Assembly (NCBI GenBank): GCA_035510735.1
Contig: DATKGN010000006.1
Location: 65,429 to 129,428, forward strand
Length of the DNA stretch: 64,000 nt
Direction of reading: 5' to 3'
Origin: Patescibacteria group bacterium
GTDB lineage: Bacteria; Patescibacteriota; Microgenomatia; UBA10105; UBA927
The notes under the pieces were generated by a model. That model was not told where the DNA came from and did no database searches. It was given only the letters and a program-made list of their open reading frames with translations. A program made the translations under genes and the position numbers. Position 1 is the stretch's first letter, and every line of letters starts with the position of its first letter. This document shows positions 19,251 to 29,968 of the stretch, piece after piece.

Positions 19251-20369
19251 ATGACAAACAAAATACTAGTCGGTATATTTCTTCTTTATGTGATGGGTTA
19301 CGCAGCCCATGCACTGGTTCTTCACAAAACCGTCTATGGGGACGGCATATTTTATTATTCATGGCTGAGATCCGCCGTCATTGATCATGATGTCTCATTT
19401 AAAAGCGATTATGCGTATTTCCACACATCGCAGCCCGCGACTCCCCTTCATATACAGGGCAATAAATATACGGTCGGCCCGGCACTCCTTTGGGCACCGT
19501 GGTTTCTTTTAACCAACGAAATTGTGCGCGGCACGGGATATGAATTTCCCTACCAATTCATAGTCGGGCTATCGAGTGTCTTTTATGCGTTTATCGGGTT
19601 ACTCCTTTTATACCGGTTATTGGGTAACTATTTCGGAAAAACAGCAACAATGGCAACGCTTATCGGTATCGCACTCGCGACAAATCTATTTTTTTATGGA
19701 TCACTCGATGCGGTCAATTCCCACGCGGTATCGTTCTTTGCGGCATCATTTTTCATAACGCTTGTGTTGGCCAGTCGGAAAAACTGGTTCTTCATCGGAT
19801 GTGCACTCGGACTTATCGCCCTCATTCGGACACAGGACATTATTCTCGGACTCCTCGCTCTTCCCTATATTAAACCAAAAAATATCCTATATTTTCTAAG
19901 CGGCGCATTCGTATTGTTTCTGCCGCAGCTTGTCGGATGGCAGCTCGTTAACGGCAACTTCTGGCACAGCCCGTATTTAAGTTCGTTTGAAGGATTTGAT
20001 TTTATCCACCCTAACATTATTGGTGTGTTATTTTCTTTGCAAAATGGGTTACTGCTTTGGACTCCAATCATCATTCTGGGATTTATCGGTCTTCTGAAGA
20101 AAAAAACAGAATTGCCACTCAAACTCATGGCCGCAATCATACTGGTACAGCTCTACCTGGTCGCAAGCTGGAGCACATGGTGGCAGGGAGCCTCATATAG
20201 CGGCCGAATGTTCGTAAGCATCCTACCGCTTATTGCGTTCGGCCTTGCGAATTTCTTTTCCTTTTTTGAGAGTCCGCGTTTCAGATATACGACGGTAATG
20301 TACGCAATTACTCTGCCACTCTCTATCATCAATTTTCTTTTAATGTTCTATTTTTTACTTATCCACTAG
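19251..20369 (+). CDS. Polytopic membrane protein, possible GT-C-fold glycosyltransferase
   Basis: 372 aa with 10 or more hydrophobic helices, inside the glycosylation island. Confidence 0.55.
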   Translation: MTNKILVGIFLLYVMGYAAHALVLHKTVYGDGIFYYSWLRSAVIDHDVSFKSDYAYFHTSQPATPLHIQGNKYTVGPALLWAPWFLLTNEIVRGTGYEFPYQFIVGLSSVFYAFIGLLLLYRLLGNYFGKTATMATLIGIALATNLFFYGSLDAVNSHAVSFFAASFFITLVLASRKNWFFIGCALGLIALIRTQDIILGLLALPYIKPKNILYFLSGAFVLFLPQLVGWQLVNGNFWHSPYLSSFEGFDFIHPNIIGVLFSLQNGLLLWTPIIILGFIGLLKKKTELPLKLMAAIILVQLYLVASWSTWWQGASYSGRMFVSILPLIAFGLANFFSFFESPRFRYTTVMYAITLPLSIINFLLMFYFLLIH

Positions 20370-21997
20370 TGGCCGTGGAAGAGTAGAATCGTGTGTCCGA
20401 CTATTTCGAAAATATTTTTCTTTTGATATTGAGGTTTCAGATAATATCCACAGTAATACCAATTAGACAAATTGATCGCAGTTAACGTACTTCCGGTATT
20501 ACCGGAAAAATCTATTTTGTGAAATGCACAGATCTCCTCAAATTTATAGCTCCCGTACGGAGTGATGCTCGTTAACCCGTATGGCGCGGCATCATCTCTT
20601 CCGAAATATGAAAAATATAGTACCGCAGGACGAATGCCGTTCACGTACGTGGTTAACGATTCAAGCGACTGCCCCCAATCAATATTTGAATCAATAAATT
20701 GTAGCGAACTTTCTTTACTGCGTCCCGCCAACTCATTCGTATAGGAAAGATAATATGGATGAAACAATAACGTACCGGCCATGTACCAGATGCATAATAA
20801 GAATACAAACGACATGATGACGACATGTTTAAAACGAACAATTGTCGTAGCGGCGATAATAATAATGAAGGGATACATAGGCAACACATATCGAACAAGC
20901 GGCTGCATTTTCGAGAGTGATGAAACGATTACTATTGATATGATGGGAATCAAGAATAACCATTCATCACTATCAGAAGCGGTTTTAGGTATGAAGGCAG
21001 CGAGAGTGCCAGCAATAAATAAAATCAGAAGCGGTAATGGCATCTTATAGATAACATTGACGACCATAAAGTACCATCGGGATGTCGTATAAAAATTTCC
21101 CAGGAAAAAATATGAGGCCGGTCGGGTCGTACGAATTGCGGTATTCTTCAGGACCGCAATATAATTCCCCAGAGGAACAGGCGTATGCCGTAGAAAATTT
21201 AGTGAAGATGCAAGTAAAAAATTATGCTGCCTGAACGCAATCTGTGAAAGCGTCGTTGAAACTCTCCCCATGGCATTACCCGGTGCAACAATTACATCGG
21301 TCTTAAAAAAATACGTGGACCACATTGCAAGTAAAAAGACGATAACAGATAACGCGATTGAAACCTTATTGCGCAAAATCCATTGCAAATGTTTTATTCT
21401 AACAATGCTTACGAATGCAAACACTGCACTCACCGCATAGAACGGTACTGTCGTTATTTTTGAAGCAGCCATGAGACCGACAAATAATCCGTGAAGGATA
21501 AAATTTGTGACAGTTGGTTTTTTTAGCATCGTGAATAGCGATGTATATACTAAAAAGAAAAAGAGTGTAGCCCCCATATCGAGCGTCACATAATGACTGT
21601 TGCCAAGAATAGTTGGTTCAAACACATAGAGAAATAGCGCTAATAGTGCAACATCACTGCCGAAAAACGTAGAAGAAGTACAGAATATCAGAACACCCAA
21701 CGCAACTCCCATCCCGATAATTACCATTCTTGCCGGTAGTATTTGAATATTGGGCACTCGGGAATGAAAAATATCCGTGCCACCGATTAATAGCGGTATG
21801 ACAGCAAGCTCCCGGATAAGCGGCGGATTATTTGTATCAATAAGAAACTCATGTTTTAGCCATGCATTTTTTCCTTCCTGCACATGAACTATCTCATCAT
21901 ACGTTAACGACTCATGAAGAGCACTCGAGACAGACAAAACGGAAAAGAGAATAAGAAGAAGGGCAGCCCCAAACAATGCAAATCGTTTTGATATCAT
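20366..21997 (-). CDS. GT39 / ArnT-like (protein-O-mannosyltransferase-like) membrane glycosyltransferase
   Basis: 543 aa multi-TM protein with a PMT/ArnT-like N-terminal region. Confidence 0.6.
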   Translation of the reverse strand: MISKRFALFGAALLLILFSVLSVSSALHESLTYDEIVHVQEGKNAWLKHEFLIDTNNPPLIRELAVIPLLIGGTDIFHSRVPNIQILPARMVIIGMGVALGVLIFCTSSTFFGSDVALLALFLYVFEPTILGNSHYVTLDMGATLFFFLVYTSLFTMLKKPTVTNFILHGLFVGLMAASKITTVPFYAVSAVFAFVSIVRIKHLQWILRNKVSIALSVIVFLLAMWSTYFFKTDVIVAPGNAMGRVSTTLSQIAFRQHNFLLASSLNFLRHTPVPLGNYIAVLKNTAIRTTRPASYFFLGNFYTTSRWYFMVVNVIYKMPLPLLILFIAGTLAAFIPKTASDSDEWLFLIPIISIVIVSSLSKMQPLVRYVLPMYPFIIIIAATTIVRFKHVVIMSFVFLLCIWYMAGTLLFHPYYLSYTNELAGRSKESSLQFIDSNIDWGQSLESLTTYVNGIRPAVLYFSYFGRDDAAPYGLTSITPYGSYKFEEICAFHKIDFSGNTGSTLTAINLSNWYYCGYYLKPQYQKKNIFEIVGHTILLFHGH

Positions 21998-23139
21998 GAT
22001 AAGAGATGATGATATAAATCGCTCAATTTCCTGGCACCAATTGCTATATCATGAACCGTTTCCGCGCGTCTTCTTGCTTTTTTCCCGTAGGCCAACCGTT
22101 TTTTCGGATTTAGGATAAACGATTTTACCGCCTTGGTAATTGCGGAGACGTCACCCGGCTTTACTAAAATTCCAGCATCACCGATATTCTCTGGAATCCC
22201 CCCCGTTCTCGTTGTAACAATAGGTAATCCTGCAGCCTGTGCTTCAAGAAGCGCTGTGCAATATTGTTCATCGTACGTCGGTGTCGGCTTACTTGGCGCA
22301 ATAAAAATATCCGCGCGGTCATATTCATTAGGCATCTTTTCATAAGAAACAGCTGAATGAAATGTGATATCAGACAATCCCAGTCGTCGTTCCTCATCCA
22401 ACATTGATTGTTTTTCCGATCCGCCCCCGACAAACTTCAATCGGAGCGAATAATGTGACAACTCCGAGTCTTTCCGAAGAAGCGCCGCAGCGGCCAGAAT
22501 ATCAAAAACGCCTTTGTACTTTTCTAACCTGCCGCTAAACAAAATCGTAAATTCTCGTTTTTTATTCGAAAATCGCCGGCTGCTAGCCTCTCGTGTCGGG
22601 TTGAACCGGTGCGTATCTATAAAATGAGAAATAACGGTTATCTTATCGGGATCGGTACCCTCCTCAATGAGAACTGCTTTTGTCTTTTGCGTGAGAGCAA
22701 TAATATAATCAAGCTCCTGTCGCGCTCGCTTTTTGAACCCCTTTCTCCCCCGAATGCCTTCATTATTAAAGGGTATATTTTCCAACACGGTCGCAATGAC
22801 TTTCCTTACATATCCTTTCCTCTTCGCGTTTAGACATTGCTGGGTATAATGAAAATACGTTTCGGCAGTGTGAACGATATCAAATCCTTTGAGTTTTTCT
22901 TCAAGACCGTATAGGTAATGCACATCAATAAACATTCTGTTTAACAGCGGCATTTTATACGGGAAATCCGGAATATCCATAGGGCTCGGCAACTTCACAA
23001 CGGGGAATGCAAATGAATCGTGGTAGCTCGTCAGTGATCCGAAACCCGTCAAATCGAACTGTTTGACCAGCGGTTCGTAAAACTGCATTTCGTATTTATT
23101 AAGGAATTTACCTCGGACTATCGCAATTTTCGATTTCAT
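21994..23139 (-). CDS. Family 4 (GT-B) glycosyltransferase
   Basis: EAQAAGLPIVTTRTGGIPE matches the GT4 EX7E region. Start trimmed to MKSKIAIV. Confidence 0.8.
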   Translation of the reverse strand: MKSKIAIVRGKFLNKYEMQFYEPLVKQFDLTGFGSLTSYHDSFAFPVVKLPSPMDIPDFPYKMPLLNRMFIDVHYLYGLEEKLKGFDIVHTAETYFHYTQQCLNAKRKGYVRKVIATVLENIPFNNEGIRGRKGFKKRARQELDYIIALTQKTKAVLIEEGTDPDKITVISHFIDTHRFNPTREASSRRFSNKKREFTILFSGRLEKYKGVFDILAAAALLRKDSELSHYSLRLKFVGGGSEKQSMLDEERRLGLSDITFHSAVSYEKMPNEYDRADIFIAPSKPTPTYDEQYCTALLEAQAAGLPIVTTRTGGIPENIGDAGILVKPGDVSAITKAVKSFILNPKKRLAYGKKARRRAETVHDIAIGARKLSDLYHHLLS

Positions 23140-24725
23140 AATGATGGAATAATTGTCGGCGTATCTGTTCTCCAAACCTCAACATTTCCGCCTCCGAAAT
23201 ACAATTCGTATCCGTACTGCGTAAACGATTCGTTCTTGTCTGCAATTATATACGAAGGACGCATAACCGTTAACTCACGAAAATTATTTTTACCGGTTAT
23301 CGGATCGGCAAACCGTGGCGTGTAGGTAGGTGTCCAGCCGTAATAATAGTTAAGAATCGGGATGGATTCACGAAGTAAGAACGGCTGCATACAACAGACA
23401 AAATTAGCTACGAAGAAATTTGAACCATCCCGCCGCCTTAACTCATGGGCAATAGCGGATTCATTGCTGCGAAACGGCTCAAATGTACCTTTAATTGTGT
23501 TAAAGTTCATGACAAAAAGCCAAACGACGCTCCCGATTAAACATAGCACTAAATAGCGCTTCACAACGTTACTTCCTTTGACAATCATATAGTCCGCGCA
23601 AAATGTGATGACCATAACAACAGGAATCATGAGTGGCACAACGACCCGTTGAGGTACGCGGAACATACGAACCAATGTGATGTTGTGAAACAGCCAGTAA
23701 AACGGCGAATACGGATACCGAAGCGATATATAACAGGCCGCCGTAATAACAAATATGACAGCAAGGCGTACCGGATATGATTTCCAAACTTTTTGAATAT
23801 AAAGCAATGGTATTACTGCAAACGGAGTAATAAACGCATAATATTCATACCAATTGTAATGAAATCCGATAATCCGTTGAAGCGTCGGCCTGTCGTAGAA
23901 CTCCACCTGCCACGGGATTAAGAACGATAATGGTAACAGCCATGCGTGAATCGAGCCGGCATACGGATCTATCGTTTGCAAACGATTGATATGAGGTATC
24001 ACGTCGCGGATAAACGGTAGGAGTTTTGATAATGCAAACGCGACAAAAAAACCATAGATATACAATATCTCCTGAATGATTTCTTTAAGTTTACTGTTCT
24101 TGGTAATAATGCGATAAGCTGCCGAAACGACGTAAAATAAACTGAAAAACCAAAGACTGTAAAAATCCGCGGTGAGTAAAATACACGCGTAAATAATCCC
24201 CACTGTTGCAGCCTCAACGGGTTTCATCCGTTTACGGAAAAAATAGAGAAAAACGACCGGTCCGATCGCATATCCTGCAAACTTTTCCACATGACCGGCT
24301 GCTATCATTGCAGCGAGAGCTCCGGAAAATTCATACAGAATTGCACCCCACGCAATCGCCCACGGACGTAGTTTGAACGATGACAGAAAATACCACATCG
24401 AAAGACCGGACCCGATAATCGTGACGGCGATAAGCACCCGGAGTCCGTTATCAGGACCAAACAGGAAAAATAACGGCATATAAAACGGGCTCAGCATAAA
24501 TGACGAATCTCCGAGGGCTGGTATCCCCAAGCCAATGTTCGGATTCCAGCTGAGATACGGAAACGGATGCGTATACGCCCGAAGCGCAAATGTTGCCATC
24601 GGCAGGATGACGTTATAGTCCGTATCCAGACGGAAAGATAGGTGTCTCGTCACAACCCAGAGTGGAATAATAAGGAGTATCGCAACAAATAATACCGGCA
24701 AATAACTTCGATTCGTTAAACGCAT
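23136..24725 (-). CDS. Large polytopic membrane protein (YfhO/GT-C-like)
   Basis: 529 aa with many TM helices, inside the island. Confidence 0.55.
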   Translation of the reverse strand: MRLTNRSYLPVLFVAILLIIPLWVVTRHLSFRLDTDYNVILPMATFALRAYTHPFPYLSWNPNIGLGIPALGDSSFMLSPFYMPLFFLFGPDNGLRVLIAVTIIGSGLSMWYFLSSFKLRPWAIAWGAILYEFSGALAAMIAAGHVEKFAGYAIGPVVFLYFFRKRMKPVEAATVGIIYACILLTADFYSLWFFSLFYVVSAAYRIITKNSKLKEIIQEILYIYGFFVAFALSKLLPFIRDVIPHINRLQTIDPYAGSIHAWLLPLSFLIPWQVEFYDRPTLQRIIGFHYNWYEYYAFITPFAVIPLLYIQKVWKSYPVRLAVIFVITAACYISLRYPYSPFYWLFHNITLVRMFRVPQRVVVPLMIPVVMVITFCADYMIVKGSNVVKRYLVLCLIGSVVWLFVMNFNTIKGTFEPFRSNESAIAHELRRRDGSNFFVANFVCCMQPFLLRESIPILNYYYGWTPTYTPRFADPITGKNNFRELTVMRPSYIIADKNESFTQYGYELYFGGGNVEVWRTDTPTIIPSL

Positions 24726-24785
24726 TATTAATGGTAATAAGCAGTTTACCTCTTGGGCGGTTACGAAACCGTATTATATAGCACC

Positions 24786-25669
24786 TCAATACCCTTGTGT
24801 TATTTGCTTTTTAGAAAGAAGTACCGGAATGGTTTTGTTGGTAACCGGAAAATGATTGCCGCAATTGCTGCATTTCACATTGGTTCCGTTTACGTAAATC
24901 AACGGATTTGCAAAACACAACGGACAACGAAGTATCGTTAGTAATCGCGCAATAATCCGGCTCGGGGCGACATTGATTTGAACATTCCAGAGCAACAATC
25001 TAAGTGTCTTTATACATTTCCGCTTCACCCGCCGCATCATCCAATAGATATAGAATGTTGCGTCAGGAATAAAATCCGGCTTCGCTTGTTGCAGTAATTT
25101 CCATGCGCTTCGGTCAAGGTTTTCAACCCATGTTTTTGAAGCTTCATGGGTATCCACACATAAATTAACACTTCCGTTCCATTCATATCGCACGTACATT
25201 TCATGTTCATATTTCTCGAAAAATCGCCGGAACCAAATCGTCTGGGCAATCAACCTATGGAAAAAACCCTTAAATTGTTCGCCTTCCGTTTTTCTGCGAA
25301 GCATGAGGACTCCGGATTCAACCGAACAATACCAATGGTGAAAATTCCAACCAAAAACCCGCTCCGATAATGCGGAGGGAACTTCTATATATCCGCTCTT
25401 GGCCACCCTGACGACCTCCGCGATAAATCTCTTCGGATCATCCATATGTTCCAGAATATGCGAACAAATAACATAATCGAATGCCTTATCGTCAAACGGT
25501 AAATGGTAACCATCGGCAACTACCATCGACCGGTCAATAACGATCGAAAATTCACCAGCGCGTTCCCCATCGTCGCTGAGATACCGGTCGCAAAGGATGT
25601 CCGACCGGGGATTCGGATTATTACCGCTTCCGATTTCCAAAACAATATCTGTCGGTTTAATGTTCATAG
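24786..25669 (-). CDS. SAM-dependent methyltransferase with C-terminal Cys4 zinc ribbon
   Basis: Motif I VLEIGSGNNP and a C-terminal CPLC...CSNCG ribbon. Start trimmed to MNIKPTD to remove the overlap with the GT4 gene. Confidence 0.7.
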
Positions 25670-26745
25670 TACGCAAGAAGGTTATATATTTGGGAGGCAA
25701 ATGTCTTCCATCGAAACTTTCTTGACCGTTCAATAGCGCGGACCCTAATTTTTTTTTGCAAAGCATCATCGGAAAGAAACTGATAAAGCGTATTTGCAAT
25801 GTCCACTTCTTGCGCATTTCTTGACACAAGACCTCCGCCACCAACTATTTCTTTCATTGCTCCCCGGTCAACAGAAATAACCGGAGTCCCGCACGCCATA
25901 CTCTCAACTGCCGGTAGACAAAACCCTTCATGCAATGGTGTTGTAAACAAAGCGGTCGCGCCGCGATAGTATTTGGGCAATTCACTATCTGAGATAAGGC
26001 CTATTTTTTTAACCCGACGTTCAAGTCCTAGTTCCTGAATCGTTTTATCGATGCGCGAATCGGGCCAATAATCGCCGCCGACAAGTAAAAAGTCGTATGG
26101 CTTTTTTACCCGTTTCATGGCAAGCGAAAATGCACGTATGGCCAGTGACAAATCTTTCGCCTTATTCAGACTCCCGACGAAAAGTACATACGGATTTGTT
26201 GATTGAAATGCCACTCCGATTGGAGAAAATAGCGAGTCAACCCCAGGGTACGCCACCGTAACTTTCGATTGGTCAACCGTATATTCCCGAAGTATATCTT
26301 TTTTTGAGGTGTTGGAAATAGTTACTATGGAATCCGCACGTTCAACGAGCGACTGCGTTTGTGTTTTCAGTTTTTGTGCTGCGTTTCCATACGCATCCGG
26401 GTTAAATAAAAACCCGAGATCATAAATGAACCCTATATTGTGCGACGTAGAGCGGGGGATGGCCTGAGAGACCCCCAAAAAGACATCGACGGGATGGATC
26501 GTTAATTCAATGGGTAAACGGACGGTAAACCATCCTCTTGCAGGAGTTATCACAACATTCGTCATTCGATCGCCCAATTCGCTTATCACTCCCCGATCAA
26601 TCGGACTGAAACTGTACAACCGGTAGGTATTTTTCATATCCATTCGGGCGAGTTCTCGGAGTAAATGAAGTGTGACCCTATACACCCCAACTTTTAGCCG
26701 GTCATCGGTGATCGATAGTGCTCCCGCATCAACACCGATAATCAT
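25657..26745 (-). CDS. Family 4 (GT-B) glycosyltransferase
   Basis: GT-B fold signature. 362 aa. Confidence 0.8.
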   Translation of the reverse strand: MIIGVDAGALSITDDRLKVGVYRVTLHLLRELARMDMKNTYRLYSFSPIDRGVISELGDRMTNVVITPARGWFTVRLPIELTIHPVDVFLGVSQAIPRSTSHNIGFIYDLGFLFNPDAYGNAAQKLKTQTQSLVERADSIVTISNTSKKDILREYTVDQSKVTVAYPGVDSLFSPIGVAFQSTNPYVLFVGSLNKAKDLSLAIRAFSLAMKRVKKPYDFLLVGGDYWPDSRIDKTIQELGLERRVKKIGLISDSELPKYYRGATALFTTPLHEGFCLPAVESMACGTPVISVDRGAMKEIVGGGGLVSRNAQEVDIANTLYQFLSDDALQKKIRVRAIERSRKFRWKTFASQIYNLLAYYEH

Positions 26746-27623
26746 AATTGCACCTCTCTGTATTTCCGAAACCCGTCTTTAATACCTAAAAATGGCGTTA
26801 TCATAGACCGTACACTAACCTCCCGTCCGAAACCGAACATGCATCGGAGTATCCAGTTCATTCTGGTAACTAAAAAGACAGGAAAATATAGTTTATTACA
26901 GTGTTTTAAGAAAAAATAGGTTTCGTTACTTAAAAAGTGATAGTACCATTGCATTCTGCCTTCTGTTTTGCGGCCGCCACCGCTGACTTCTCTCATGTGA
27001 GTCACAACGGCCGTCGGATCATATACCACCCGATACCCCAGTTTTTTGATTCTCAGGGCTAAATCCGATTCTTCCCGTATAGCCGCCGTGAATCTTTCAT
27101 CAAAACCCCCGGCTCTTAAAAAAATACGTTTAGGAAATGCCATATTACATCCAACCGGAGTATCAACCTCTTGTCGAATAGTTGATGAAAACCCATCTGA
27201 AAATGTTGACCATGGCGAAATCCGACCCGTATGCGTATTCTTTGGATCAATTTCTTGTCCATCGGTAATAATTCTGCCCGCGACACAACCGATTGTTGGG
27301 TCAGAAAAATTTTTCACGAGGTTATTAATGCAATCTCTATGGACGACGATGTCATCGTCAAAGAAGATATAAAACTTGCCCTTCGCTTTTTTTACTCCTA
27401 GGTTTTTTGCCCGGGCGGTATTATGTATATTTGAAAATATATAGAATAACGTAATTTTCAATTTCTTTGCGTCACGTAAATACTCATTTCCATTTTTATC
27501 GCCTTGTTCAACAACGATTATTTCCATACGTGCCGTAATTTGCGAACTAATACTATCAAGTAGTCTAAGCAGGCTTTTTTTCCTGTGAAGCGTTGGAATA
27601 ATAATGGAAATATTAATAGACAT
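26742..27623 (-). CDS. Family 2 glycosyltransferase
   Basis: N-terminal GT-A (SIIIPT), DD motif (FFDDD). Confidence 0.8.
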   Translation of the reverse strand: MSINISIIIPTLHRKKSLLRLLDSISSQITARMEIIVVEQGDKNGNEYLRDAKKLKITLFYIFSNIHNTARAKNLGVKKAKGKFYIFFDDDIVVHRDCINNLVKNFSDPTIGCVAGRIITDGQEIDPKNTHTGRISPWSTFSDGFSSTIRQEVDTPVGCNMAFPKRIFLRAGGFDERFTAAIREESDLALRIKKLGYRVVYDPTAVVTHMREVSGGGRKTEGRMQWYYHFLSNETYFFLKHCNKLYFPVFLVTRMNWILRCMFGFGREVSVRSMITPFLGIKDGFRKYREVQL

Positions 27624-27634
27624 AGGATATTGTT

Positions 27635-28444
27635 TTACGCATCTTTGGCGCTTTGAGCATTGCGTAAGACCGTCTCATTCAGCTTCTCCCGGAGGCTTCT
27701 GGGTGCAAATGAATGACTTTTCCTAAACACACCGTTTTCTTTAACGAAAACCATGTCAACTGAAGCAAGCGCGTAATCGATCGGTCGATTGTAACCACCG
27801 AATATGTCATACGCAACAAACCCGTATTTATTTAAAAAGTTTACAATATCAAAAAATTGGGGTGCATTTTTATAAAAATGGAAGAAATGGACTTCGAGAA
27901 TAATTACCTCTGTCTGCTTAAGTACATTCTTGGCCCCCTCAAGCACCAAAAGCTCGGCGCCTTGCACATCAATTTTAATAAGATAGGGTCCATCCATATG
28001 CTTTTTACGGCATTGTGCATCGATTGTGATGATGGGAATGTTTCTTGCGATTCCGTCAACATAACTTCCGTCAGTTTCTTTAAATACTGAGGACCCAAGC
28101 AAATCAGGGTGAACATTAATTTCCATAGTTCCTGATCGGGGGCCAGCCGCCGCTATAATATATTCCGCGCCGTACATAGCAGATATTTGCTTCAAATCGC
28201 TTTCAAATTCTCGTAGCGGCTCTATCAAAAAATGTCTTGCTTTGGGAAACGTCTTATACAACTCGTATGTGCCGGTTGCCACGCCCACATCTATAACTGT
28301 TTTTGGTCTGAATCCCAATCTCGAAATATTGGCAAGAACTTCGGAAAGCGTTGTTCTCCTGTCCTCTCCGTGTTTCCTCGTCCTTCGAACTTCTACGCCA
28401 AAACCTTTAAATATTTTCTTCACCGTTTTTTTGAATAATTTCAT
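27635..28444 (-). CDS. FkbM-family methyltransferase
   Basis: FkbM-like Rossmann motif VIDVGVATGTYE. 269 aa. Confidence 0.7.
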   Translation of the reverse strand: MKLFKKTVKKIFKGFGVEVRRTRKHGEDRRTTLSEVLANISRLGFRPKTVIDVGVATGTYELYKTFPKARHFLIEPLREFESDLKQISAMYGAEYIIAAAGPRSGTMEINVHPDLLGSSVFKETDGSYVDGIARNIPIITIDAQCRKKHMDGPYLIKIDVQGAELLVLEGAKNVLKQTEVIILEVHFFHFYKNAPQFFDIVNFLNKYGFVAYDIFGGYNRPIDYALASVDMVFVKENGVFRKSHSFAPRSLREKLNETVLRNAQSAKDA

Positions 28445-28454
28445 ACGTTTCCTA

Positions 28455-29720
28455 TCAAATCTTCGTATATAAATGTATTTCTCCCTTAAAATTACGAATA
28501 ACTATTACGATATAAAGCAGCGAGGTACATAGTTCCGTTATGACCGTCGTATAACTCGTTCCGATATATCCGTACTTCGGAATTACGTAGAGGTTCAGTA
28601 GAAAATTAACAACCAATGAAATAATAAGTGGCCGGATGAGATATTTCGTTTTTCCGAAAGAAAGAATGACATTAAAAAATATATTGTTAAGGAACAAAAG
28701 AGGCACTGCAAATAGTAATATTTTAAACGGCGCCATACTGGAAAAAAACTTACTTCCGCCGAGTATGCGCATTATAAGAAAAGAAAACGTATTACCTATA
28801 AAAATAATGCCGGCTGAAAGCACAACCAATACTATGACTGTTTTCGTCAATAGGTCCCGGTAATTATGAGTTTGACCTTTTCCATGATATTTCGATAGCA
28901 ATGGAAATACATTTGCCATATATAAACCCCAAAGCAAGAGACAGTTATCAATAATTTTATATGCTAATCCATAGATGCCGACATCCTGAGGCGACCGCAT
29001 GACAGAAAGCATCATCGTATCAACTTTAAAATAAAGGATAGACAGAAATGCAGTTATTCCGACAGGCAAACTAATCTTGATTATTTTTGAAACAAGTGCC
29101 CTATCAAACGCAAATTTGAATACCAATTGGTCTTTCACCAGAAGAAGTGTTGGCACGATCCCCACCAGATTACCAATAAGTACCGAACCGACGATCCAAT
29201 AAAAACTCTGTTTTGTAGCAACCACAATTGCTATCGCGATGACCGTAGCGACTTTCGTGGCGATATCAAGGTATGCCACAAAATCGAGTTTTAACTGCGC
29301 TTGTAATATCGATGTCCCGTATGAAGATAGATTACTTACAGCAACGGCAACGACACCGATGAGGATGGCAATCTTCAACATCATCGGATACGGAAAAAAC
29401 AACAATCCAATCGTTGATAATACAATGGAAACTCCGATGAGAATAAGTTTAAGATTCAGAAGTGTCGCATACGCCCGTTGCGATTGTTCCTCGTTCTGTG
29501 CAAATTCCCGTACGATTGTTTGATTTAATCCAACATCGGACAGGACGGTGAAAAATGATATGTAGGTAAATACCAACGTGTACCATCCGTATTTATCGGT
29601 ATTGAGATAGCGTGTCAGAAGGCCCACACTTATTAACGATAAAAGTACAGAAAATCCCTTCGAACCGAACTGAGTGAAGGTATTATAGATAATTTTTCGA
29701 TAGGGTAACCCGCTCGCCAT
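28455..29720 (-). CDS. MOP-superfamily polysaccharide flippase (Wzx-like)
   Basis: 421 aa with about 12 TM helices, in Wzx-like position at the end of the island. Confidence 0.8.
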   Translation of the reverse strand: MASGLPYRKIIYNTFTQFGSKGFSVLLSLISVGLLTRYLNTDKYGWYTLVFTYISFFTVLSDVGLNQTIVREFAQNEEQSQRAYATLLNLKLILIGVSIVLSTIGLLFFPYPMMLKIAILIGVVAVAVSNLSSYGTSILQAQLKLDFVAYLDIATKVATVIAIAIVVATKQSFYWIVGSVLIGNLVGIVPTLLLVKDQLVFKFAFDRALVSKIIKISLPVGITAFLSILYFKVDTMMLSVMRSPQDVGIYGLAYKIIDNCLLLWGLYMANVFPLLSKYHGKGQTHNYRDLLTKTVIVLVVLSAGIIFIGNTFSFLIMRILGGSKFFSSMAPFKILLFAVPLLFLNNIFFNVILSFGKTKYLIRPLIISLVVNFLLNLYVIPKYGYIGTSYTTVITELCTSLLYIVIVIRNFKGEIHLYTKI

Positions 29721-29968
29721 GTACGGCTAAGGGTAACATGGAAATTCATATTTGACAATCAAAATGGTTTACCCTGATGCAAATCTATTTTCCTCTGGGT
29801 CTAACATTATAATTAACAATATTCTAGTCTAATTATTCAAACGAATTGTTGATAATATTCAAATTGGAATAATCTCCTGAAGTATATTCGTAATTGTTAG
29901 ATATAACTCCCTAATTTTGTTATTTTCAATACTGAAATTAATTAATAATATTACTATTATTTAAAGTA

